DNA of 61,503 bases, from NCBI GenBank assembly GCA_022813865.1, contig JALDZX010000085.1, positions 1-61,503 on the forward strand, read 5' to 3'. This document shows positions 15,001 through 26,602 of the stretch, piece by piece. The stretch is from Xylographa opegraphella (lineage: Eukaryota). The notes beneath the pieces are model-generated. The model worked only from the letters and a program-made list of their open reading frames with translations, was not told where the DNA came from and did not search any database. Position 1 is the stretch's first letter; every line of letters begins with the position of its first letter. Position numbers and translations under genes: made by a program.

Positions 15001-18000
15001 TGAAAAATAAACGACGATAAACTCGTATATTTATATACGACCAGCGTCGCCGATGAAAAGAAAAATTACGAATTATAAAAAAAATCGATTCGCTAAAAAA
15101 GCGAGTGGCCAAATTAAAAAGGCTATTAAAGAATAAAAGAGACGGGCGGGGGAATTTAAAGTAGTAAAAATATTACTATATCAAAAAAAAGGGGAAGGAT
15201 TGTAGTAAATCGGGGCGAGTTTTTGAGGCGTTTTTTTATTTCGAGTTTTTTTTATACATTTTATATATAGCAATAAAGCAGCAGAATTACAATCGTAATT
15301 AATTTATTTTCCCCTTTTTTTCACTCTCTGTCGAACGAATAGTAATTTGATTTAAAAAAAAACTTAACCCAGCTGCGACCCCGATTTAATTCTTTTGTTT
15401 ATCTCTTTGCCTATTTTACTAGGCTGCTGCGGAATTTCTACGAATTCCTTTACACGGCTAATAATTTATTATAATAAAAACATTAAAAATACGAAAAATA
15501 TTGAATCGACAGCGATTAAAATGAAAAAAACTTTGATAATAAATAAACTTAAGCTTATTATAATTACGGGTATTATAAAGTTTATTACAAACAGGGTGAT
15601 TACAACGCGGAAAACAAATAATCGTATAATTTTTAAAAGTAAAGTTATAATATTTATTGAAATAATATTAAAATTTTCGTAAAAAACGATAAACTTATAA
15701 TATACTTCGTAATATTAAAATATTAATATAAAACGTACGATACGGTTTTTAAATCTCGAAATGAATTTTTCGTATATTTTAAAAAAAGAAATATTCTAAA
15801 TATATTTTTTGAAAAAAAAATAGCTAAATTAAAATTTATAATAATCGGCGATATTATCGTAGCCATTTTTTATATTTTAAAATCATATATCGTATAATTA
15901 TAAGCGAACGATTTAGGCTTCTAAAAATAATATTATATAATAATATAAATAAAGCTTTCGTCGAGTGCATCTTTCGTTTAATTATATTTTGATTTAATTG
16001 TACGATAACTTTAGTCGGCCAAAGATTTTTATATAAATAAAATTCAAAGGCCGATATTTTAAAAATAATTTGGCTATTTATTATTTAAAGAATTAAAATT
16101 AATCAATATCGAATTGATAAAAACGTTAATTTAAACGTTCATTTTCCTGGAAATTCCGCGGAAAATACGCCCGCGATAATTCATATCGTTCGAAAAATAT
16201 ATTTTATCAAAAAATGTAATTATTAATATAGTTATTACGCCTCGTATGAATATAAAAATCAAAAAATACTTTTATTTCAAAAACAAGTTACGTTTTTATT
16301 TTATATTAAAATGTTTATCGCAGTCTAATATATTGAAAAAAATTATCCGATCATGATCTTTTTTGAATTAATGTACAAAAATTTTTATAAATACGTAATA
16401 AACGCAAAACTTTTTTATATTTATATAATGAATAATATTTTTTAATTTATAATAATATCGTAGAAAAAGAATTTAAATAATTTAATGAAATATAACGCTA
16501 ATAAATATTGTGTAACGTTCTTAAACGAAATAAGTTTGACGGTATATTTTAAAAAGAATAAAAATTTTGCGAACTTTCGTTTTAACCATCGATATTTCTT
16601 AGTATGAAATATTATTAAAGAACGAAAACAAATATTTTTAAATGAAATAGTTATTTATAATAACAATTTAATCGCCGCAATAAAAATCGTCAAAATAGTA
16701 AATCATTTCCTAAAGCTATAAATAAATAATAATAATATAATAAATGTTTTAAAAACGAAATATATAAAAATACTATTAATCAATAACTAGCAATCAATTT
16801 ATAAGTTAGCCTTTAAAATAACTTTATTTATCTTCAAAAATCGCGAAATAATTAATAAATAGTGTAATAAACTTTATATATCAAAAGAAATTAATTTCAA
16901 AAAATTATACTACTTAACTATTCATATTTTATAATTTGAAAGAAATTAAAAATTTATAAAAAGTCGTAACGTACTTAAAATACGATTTTTAAATAAAGTT
17001 TTAATTTCGAATCTATACTTTATTTTTTTTACAAATAAACACTGTCGCTGCAGTAAGCGAAGCAATATATATATATTAACAATAAATTATAACTGCTTTT
17101 TTATCAATAATAAATTTATAATTTTTATTGAAATCGCCTCGCAGTTATATTTTATTAAAAATAAAAAATAAAAAATATTATATCAATAGATTACCGTAAC
17201 AGCCTCGTATGTATATAAACAAAATAACGATATTATCAAAAAAATATATCATTTACTGTAAAATATATATTAACAAAGCAGTAGTTTATTTAAATATATT
17301 AAAATAATATTTTCTATATTTAAACGCAGTTGTTTCGTACGTTTTCGAATATAATATACATTTGGCCCTAAATAAATATTTCCTGAGTTACTCAATCGTA
17401 AATTTACAAAATTAAACAATTAATAATTTTAATCTCGCAACTGTAAAAAATAAATTTAAAATTATTATTTTTTAAAACTTTTTACGATATTACGCAAATT
17501 TAAAACGTATTCAAAAATAATCAAAATCTTTCGTAATTACGTCGCGGAATATATTGATTTAACGTCATTATTAAGGAAATATAAAAAAATATTTATTCAA
17601 AATCTCGTAAAGTACAATACGATTATTATACAATATAAAAAAATAATAGCAAATTTATGTGTAAATGATTGGATTTTAGTTAAACTAAAAAAATTTAAAA
17701 ACGTTTTTAATAATTCGTTTATTTTAACGTATTTTAATTTATTTTAATAGCTTTTTTACGACATCGATACGTTATAAAAACGCGAAATAAAGATCATATT
17801 TATTATATTAAAAATATCAACGAATATCGAAATACGTTTACTATTTTATTTAATATTAATATTTTTCAAATAATCGACGCTAAAATTATAAATTCGTTTC
17901 TTATACCGAAATTTTACGAAATTTAATTTATTATATTTTTAAACAAAGCTCTGATTAATATAGAAAATTTTTTAATTTATTAAAATAAAAATAATATATC

Positions 18001-20128
18001 TAATTTAAATTATTAAAAATTTAATATATGTTAAAAATCGTAGAGAAATCAGTCGCGATAATATATATCGATTACTTTACAATTATTACCATCGCGATTT
18101 AAATTATTTTATTCATTGTAAGTATTAAAAACTTAATTTCTAATTCGTTAAAACTTTAAAATTTTTCTAAAAGTTTAAATTTATTATTAATTATAAACCT
18201 GCCCAATTTTATATCATATTAAATATTATTTTCAAATTAAATAATGACAACACGCGTAACGATTATAATAAATTTTTATAATAAATTTAACTACTTATAT
18301 AATATTTAAACGATTATAATAAAAAATTTTATTTAATTTCGAAATTATATGTATTAGTAAATACGAAAACGGTACTCGTTAGCGTAACATTTTTAAAAAA
18401 AATCGTAAAAATAATACTTTAAATATATACGCAATATTCCTCTCGTACGAAAAAAATAACGAATATTTTTATTTAATAAATTTTATCAATAATCGAGAAA
18501 AACTATATATACTATATAATTTAATAAAAAAACGTATTACATATTGCGCACGATATATATAATTATTTTAAGTATTATTATATTTATAAAAGAATTACAA
18601 TTTTTTATATATTTATTAACTCGAGCATTATTTTAAGTTGTATATCAAATATTATTAATTATACCTAAAAAATAAAATTAATCGATATAAATTTTGAGGA
18701 AATTTTAATTAATTTTCACCCTCGATGTTTTTTACTACCGCGTAAAAATGAATATTATTTTCGTTTTATGAAAATTATAATGAGAATACGACTACTGCTT
18801 TGTAATAATATATAAATTTAATTCAAAAACTAATATAATATTAAAAAAGTATTTATATGGCAAGAATTTGAATTAAAAATTATATATATATTTTTCAATC
18901 GTCGAATAATCTATTTTAAAGGTTATATTATTATATAAAAATCGAAACTTTTAATCGAAATTTAAAAAAACCTTTTTAAATTTTAAAAATAAAAATATTA
19001 TATTTTATCGTATATTACCCCCAAATGAACGGCCAAGCGAAGGAAATTCATTAAATTATTAAAATTATTTTCTAATATATCATAAAGTTGAAAATACTTG
19101 AAAACTAATTAATTTTTTTACTAATTCTATAAATAATGTTTAATAATTTAATAAGTTTGATTACCGCGAAATTCGTTAATAAAATCACGTAAAAAATACG
19201 TTTAAACCAAAGGCTCTATATATTAAATTCGATAAATCTTTTAATAAATTTAACGATAGAAAAGCGGCGTATAGCTTTTAGCGATATAAAATAAAAGTTA
19301 TAAAAATAATATCTTTTACGAATATATCGGCAAAAAAATATTACAAAATAAATATACCGCGATTTCTGTATCGCTCGAGGATTACGCAATAATTCGTTTA
19401 TATAAAAAATACGATATTTTTATGGTTTTTAGTAAAAAAAATCTTTAAAAAAATTAAAAAATTAGTATATTAACTCGAGCTTTTTATAAATTAAGAGATT
19501 TATTTAATTTTTATGACTGTGTAATTTAATTTAAACTCGCGTTAAATTTAAAATTCGATTTTTATTATAAATTTGTTTTCGATTAACCTGCGGCGATATA
19601 TATTAACGATTATAAAAATAAATTCTTTAAATTAAATTGGTTGCTAATTAAATAAAAAAAAGAATATTTCAAAGAAAATTTGTTATAAAATATTTAATTA
19701 AATAAAAAAAATATGAGGCAGAATATAATAAATATTTAAACAAGATTTAAACGAAATACGAAGGTTTATTGACGATGATAATAAAATCACGAAAAAATAT
19801 ATAATTAATACGCCTGGCCGAAAATTACTAAAGTCGATAAAAAGAATATTAACGTATTATTATTAACGAAAAGAAATCGATTAAAAAGGCGATTTAAGCG
19901 TATTTAGATTATATATAAATTTTATTTAACATAAACGCTAAATTTTATTAATTAAAGAGATTTATTACAAGTTCTGAATTTTAAACTTTAATTTGATTTA
20001 TTTCTTTTTTGCTCTGTTTTCATATTTTAGCGAGCCATTATATAGTTAAACTTTTTTTTCATAATTACAATTCAACTTTTTCACATTATAACAGATTATA
20101 AATTCTGTAGTCAAGCGCTCACCTCACA
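9084..20128 (+). mobile_element. Full-length RIP-inactivated Ty3/Gypsy LTR retrotransposon (Gypsy-1), about 6.8 kb without its nested insert
   Basis: LTRs 9084-9254 (TGTCACG...) and 19963-20128 (...CCTCACA). TGG at 9257. TSD TAAAC/TGAGC differs only by G->A. RT motifs DYRNSL ~17189 (=GYRNSP) and KIYINKAVVY ~17260 (=YIDD). Integrase IVYYPQMNGQAK ~19007 (=TAYHPQTDGQAE). Possible chromodomain relic ~19720-19800. Confidence 0.92.
11169..15454 (+). mobile_element. Nested non-autonomous LTR element with gag and aspartic protease only
   Basis: LTRs 11169-11424 and 15201-15454 (TGT...TACA). PBS-like TTAGCGACC (=TTGGCGACC) ~11426. PPT AAAAAAAAGGGGAAGG just before 15201. TSD CGAT/CGGC is transition-compatible. 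Zinc knuckle relic YNFYLKLRYFQRGY at 12901 (=CX2CX4HX4C). Protease relic VLNIEIKVNL at 13781 (=VLDTGAEVNL) and PVVLRI ~13986. Confidence 0.88.
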
Positions 20129-21980
20129 TGAGCGCAAAAAAGGCGCTCGAGTTAAATTAAAATTTTAATAAAATATTCAAACGTTTAATAAATATAATAT
20201 ATTACGTATGAAACGTATTTAATAAAATATAAAAAAAAATAGAACGATAGTATTATATAAATTAATAAAGGCGAATTATGAAAACGTAAAAATATACAGG
20301 CCCATTGCGCTATTAAATATAATAAGCAAAATATCTAAATTAATAACAACCAGTAGAATTAGTGATAGAATAAAGGCGAACATATTAATTTCCGGGGCTA
20401 AATAGGCGCGAAACGCTGTAAATTCATAAATACGACGCTGTAAATATTAATAAAATAAACACATATTATTTAAAAGTATAATATATATGAAATATTTTTA
20501 ATACTTTACTTAAACCAGAAAAACGCCTTCGGTATCGTAAAATTCGAACGATTATTATATAATAAAACAAAACGTATTTTACATTCTTTAATCGAATAAA
20601 TAAAACGTTTTTAAATAATAAAAAAAGGATAATAATAATTTTAAAATACAAGTTTTAAATATTTAAAATACGCTTCGAAATTCTATAAAGATCTCTTCAT
20701 TTTTGATTATGTTTAATGTCGAGTTTATCGATATTCATACGTAATCGAATAAAAGAATTAATATCGTAGAATTTATAAACGATATGTATATTTTTGTATA
20801 TAAAAACAATATGAAAAACAACTGTAATAAATTAATAAAAAATACGAAAAATATAAAGTATAAATAAAAAGAATGGCGCATGTTTTGTATTCCAAAAATA
20901 CGAATTTCTTTACATTATAAAAATATCAAAAAATAACATTCAAGCTTTAATTTATTAAAAATAATTTGATATCGTTTTTAAAATATTAATAAAAATTCTG
21001 GGCGTTCAAATAAACGATTAATTAAAATAAAGTCTTTATTTACGTAAAATTAAAAAAAATAGCTATTTAATTATTAATTTTAAATAAATTATTAACGTTT
21101 ATATAAAACGTAAAATTTCCGAAAGCAAAATAAACGTATTTAATAATTATAGTTTTAACGTAATTTTACGGCTCTATTATTTAATATACTTTAAAGGGTA
21201 TAAAAAATTTAAAGAAAACTAATAAATAAAATATTAGCGATTATTTAAAATATATATTTATTTATTATCAAAACGTATCGTACGATCTAAATTAACGTAT
21301 TAAAAATAAAAATACTGATTATTTTTATAAATTTATATTTATAAAAATTAATTTTGCTAAAATTAAAAAAAATATCGACGGAATAAATAATTTAAAAATT
21401 AATAAAATCTGCGAGAAAATTGCGTCAAAGTTACCAATTTTTTTTTAAAAAAACCGTTGCTACGTTTAAAAAAATATTATAAATCAAAAGATTACATTAT
21501 ATATACGTATAAATAAAACCAGGACTACGTATAAAAAACGATACAAACATCTTTTTAACGTAAAGTTAATTAAAATTTAATTAACAAAAGCGTAAATTAA
21601 ACGTTAATAAAATTAATAAATAAAAATAAACGCCAGCAATAATTAAATAAATATAAAAAAATTAAAATTTTAAAGTAATATTGACTAAAAATTAATTAAC
21701 AAAAATAAAAAATATTATTTAAATTCTTTACGTATTAAAAAAATAAATCTCGCAGTATTTTTATATATACGTAAAATCTTTAGTTAAATTTTGTTAAAAT
21801 ACGACTGCGGCCGAGTATTATAAAATATTAAATATATAATTACATTTTACGTACGATATACGTAAATACGTTAACGTTTATTTTTTATTATCGATAACTT
21901 GAATTATTATAAAGTTTTAAAGGTCCTTATTATAATTCAGAAAAATAATGAAGAAATTTTAAAAAAGATAATTTATTTTA
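20129..21980 (+). mobile_element. LINE-B part 3: reverse transcriptase and C-terminal CCHC
   Basis: SAKKALELN ~20131 (=KAPGPD), YRPIALLN ~20295, EFINDMYI ~20769 (=GF.DD), YDCGR...KYIITFY ~21799 (=CxCG...H...C). 3' end approximate. Confidence 0.85.
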
Positions 21981-22049
21981 ATTTTGTATAATAACAATAA
22001 TCTAACAATAAATATTAAGAAAACGTAAATTTATAAAAGTGATACGAAA

Positions 22050-23060
22050 AATATTGTAAGTCCATATTTTTCTATATTGAGAATTTAAAAAAAAAATTAT
22101 AAAAATTAATATATAAATAAACAGAAAACTATAAAAGCATAATACACAATTATAATAATATTTAGCAGACGTACGAAAAATAGAAAATATACGTATAATA
22201 TAAGTTAATTTAATTATTTTTATTATCGTTTCTCTCGGCCCTTTTTTTTGTTCCTTTCGTTTTTTTTAATAATATTTTTTATATTTTTATCGTCGATATC
22301 GTTTTAAACTGCGTTGTAGCTTTTCTATTTTCGTCGAATAAACGTTTTTTTATTTTACTAAACTTTTCAATATTGTAAACGATTTTAAATATATTAATAT
22401 AAAAGTATAATAAACGTATGATATTTATAATATAACAATTAATTATACTTATAATCTTGGCAGTTACAACTTAATATTTTAATAATTTTAACTTTTATTT
22501 TTAATAGGTTTTGGCCGTTTTCCGGGATTAGATATAATTAAGACGATTAATAATAGATTTTTTAAAACATTAAAGTATAAAAAATTATTTATAATCAATT
22601 TATAATAAACGTAGGAAAAATGTTTATTTAACGTTTAAATGCTTTAGCGTAGAAAAAAATCAATTTTTTTTTAGCGATTTACATTAAATTTTAAACATAA
22701 ATTTCAAAATTTACGATAATTTAAACATATTTCGAAAGAATTTAAAGAATAAAATTATGTTCAACTAGCGTTAAAAGTAAATATATATAATATAATATCG
22801 TTTATAATTTACAAAATAGTGAATATAATTATAAAATCATTTTTTAATAATTTAATACGAATACGCGCTCGAAGGGTATTATTTACTTCAAATAATAATA
22901 ATGAAATTTAAAAATGTGAAAAGTAAGTTGTCGAGAGTACGAATTAAAGCCATAAAAATATAAATAAATTAATATTAAAAGTAAATATTTTACCGCGATT
23001 TCGCGGGAATTTATTTTTAAAAATTATCTTTTTAGCACGAGCCCTAACAATTGAATATTA
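22050..23060 (-). mobile_element. Possible Mutator-like (MULE) relic with a SWIM-like motif
   Basis: Minus strand reads SCNCQDYKYN*LLYYKYH at ~22470-22415, resembling a SWIM CxC...CxH finger with imperfect spacing. Confidence 0.3.
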
Positions 23061-23064
23061 GATT

Positions 23065-24215
23065 GTAAATAAAAAATGTATATAAAATACGAAAAGTAAG
23101 CGTTCAACGTACATTAATGCAAAAACATGCAAAAATGCAAAAAACAATAATAAGTAATAGAACGTAAAAATAGCGCAATTTTGAAAATAACAATAATAAA
23201 TTAATATAAAGTTAACGCACGAACTTTGAGTATTAACGTCGCAATTTTAATACTATAAATTATAAATTATATAACACGCGTAATTACGATTATTAAATAA
23301 GGAAAATAGTAAAAAACATTTTTGAATTATTATAAATTATTTAAAAATTAAACGCATAAAAAACGGAATAAAAATTTAATTCCTTTTCTAAAAAATTACC
23401 CAGTTTATATATATACAAATGAACTTTTACCGTATAAACTATATAAAAATTATATCGATATAAAATTAATAAATAAATAAATACGATTGCGTAATAATAA
23501 TAATATATAAATTTAATAAAATTATTACGATTATTTTAAAAGAAATAGCTATAAATAAAAATATATAAACTATAATTTTATTATATTGATTATATTTATT
23601 TTATTTAAAAGTGTTTAAAATTATTTTTCTCGATAAAATTCAAAAATTTATAACATAATTATACATTTTTCAAAAAAAATTTAAACTAATTTTTTTATAA
23701 TATATTTTATTATTTATCAATGAACGATTTATTTAAACGTTTGAATCAAACCGTAAAAATTACATTACGATACTATATAACGATATTAAAAATATGTTTA
23801 ATTAATTCAATGTTTTATTATAACTTAACTATATTCTTTATAATTTTATTGATATTATATCTATTGATAAAAGGTTTATATAAATTTTTCATTAAACAAA
23901 AAATCAGTTTCTTATTACGCTTTTTATGCGTTCAGCCTTTGTATAGTTTATAACATTTTAAAATTACTTTCTATTATTTTCCTCGCTCAGCAGCCTTAAT
24001 TGCGCGTATTGCGTAATTCGTAATTCGTAATATCGAGATTTTAACGTTAATGTTTCGAATTTCGTACGTTAATTTTGTATTAATTTATTATTATTTACTT
24101 TAAATTTGCGCTACCTTCACGTTTCGTTATTTATTAATTTTTTTTACTATCTTGCATACTTTCGCATTGTTATGTATTAAACGCTTGTTTTTTTATTATT
24201 TATACACACCTTGTA
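23065..24215. repeat. Inverted repeat with ~325-bp arms (23065-23390 / 23895-24215) around a Gypsy integrase fragment
   Basis: The reverse complement of 23895-24215 aligns along 23065-23390 (e.g. AAGCGTT, TAGCGCAA, AACGCATAAAAA). The spacer encodes YYLSMNDLFKRLNQTVKITLRYY (=YHP.TDG.SERLNQTVEI.LR.Y). Confidence 0.85.
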
Positions 24216-26602
24216 TCATGATTGAACGTCGTGGTACCCACAGGGCCAGTTTTCCCTCGATTAATTATACTTAAAGCAGATATATTTTCGGCCTTTATAC
24301 TCAGAGTAATAACTTCTTTATATTTAAATAAATTCGCAGTTTGCACCTTAAACACGCTTTTATAAATTTATAATTAAATATTATTACTTTAATACGCACG
24401 CGTGTCTTAAATTTTTATTATAAATAAAATTTAATTTAATGTATTAATATATGCGTTCGTTCTTTTGATCTATATAAACAATTTTTTAAATCGAGATATA
24501 TTTTTTTAACAGTTTAAAAAAATTTATTTAAATATAAAAAAAAACTCCGTTAAAATATGAACGCCGCTTTCGCGCGGGTGTTCAAACTCGAACATTCAAA
24601 TATAATATTTAAAAGTTTCGATTTGCGTACCAGACGCGTAGTAGATATTATATTTAAAATATTTTAAAATTAAAATATATTAAAAAAAATAAAGTTTCAA
24701 AGGCCGTTAATAATTATTATTATATATTACGACTCGCGTATATACTCTTCGACATTTTTTATACATTTCTCGTTATTTATAAAAATGTTTTTTTTAATAA
24801 ATTAATCATATTTCGTAAACTGCGCGCTAAATATACCTTTATTAAACGACGTATGGCGTTATAATTTACTGATCAAGTTTATATTCCCTTTCTTTCAATA
24901 AAATTTACGTTTTTATTATATAATTTACTCGTCATAATTTATAAACTGCCTATATAGTTTCTTGCCTGCGTAGTACGTTTTAATAAAAGCTCTGTAACGA
25001 ATACGTTCGTTTATTATATATATATAAAACGCCGGCGAAACGCCTAATTAACAAAATTCTGTCGAAATATATTAATAAAGTTTATATAATAATTAACAAC
25101 ATATTTCTAATTTAATTTTTATTATTTTCATTATTATATTTCGCCGCTTTGTAAATTTAAAATTTTATAAATATAAAGGTATTTTGTTTTTTACTTGAAA
25201 TACGTACTATATTTACGTAGTTATGATACAGGTGCTGCGTTTTAAATTTAATTACGAACTAAATAAAATAAAAATCGAATAATTTTAATAAATAAACCTT
25301 TTATTCATAGGCCCGCGCATTTTACAATAACGCGTTTTATTAAATTGAATTAATTTTATTTTTACGCTACCGCGAAAATAATTATTGACGTCGAACATCG
25401 CCTAAAAATATGATTCATCGTTTTATTATTACTGACTGCAACGCAGCATTAATACCCAGTACGCAATCATTAAGGGCGAATTTTAAATTTAATATAAAAT
25501 TAAATTATATAATTATAAAAATTAAATAAATTTTTTAATTTATAAATAGCTCGAGTTAGTATATTAATCGATTTTTTAAAACTTTTAAAACATTTTACGT
25601 ATTAAAAAAAGTTTTTTATTAAAAACGATAAAAACATTATAATTTTTATATCAATAAATCATGGCGTAATCGCCGGGGGATAAAAAATTGCGGTATTCTT
25701 TCTATCGTAAATTAATATTATTAATATATTTATTCGAGACAAATCGATTAAATATGTCGAATTTTTTTTAATATCGTAAATGTATATTTACGAAATTTAT
25801 TGTTTAACGCTTATTCAAGCCTTTTTAAAATGTTAATAATTCTTTCATAATTACTCAGTTTTAATTCGCACGGTATTTCGCTTAAAAATCAATAATACGC
25901 AGTAATATGTTTAATTATAAATTATATCGTTTTAATATTTTTATTTTCTTTATTGTAAAACTGGGTTTTAGTAATTTTATTTATAATACATATATTAGTT
26001 ACGTCTGTTTAAATTGATTGTAAACCCGTTTCGATTATAGGCCTCGATCGTGGTTGTTATTATATAAAATAATTTTTTAATTGAATAAACATTAATTTAA
26101 AAACAATTAAAAAACGATTCGTTTAAATTCGTTTAAAGATTTAAAAAATTTAAACTTTTTTAATCAATATATATTTTAATATAGAAATACCTTTAAAAAT
26201 ACTATACTATATAAATATTTTTACCTAAAAAATATTCTTAATATTAACGAATTTATAAAATTCAATCTATTAAACGAATATTAGCAATTTTGAGGCCAAA
26301 ATTATTATAATATCGAGTTTTCTCGTTTAGCTATTTATTTAATCGACTTTAACGCAAGAGTAAGTAAAAAAAAATTAAAAAATTTTAATATTATCAAATT
26401 GTTAATACTTTTTATATAATTTAATTAAATGTTGGGAAATATTTTTTTGCGTAAACTATTCATTTAATGCCGCGTCATTAAAATCGAACTTTAAAATGCT
26501 ATAGAAATAAATTATTTAATTGTTTTGCCGAAGTTTATATTAATAATTATAATATTATTCTTAATTTAGCGATTTTGCTAAAACGTTTATATATTTAATA
26601 TA

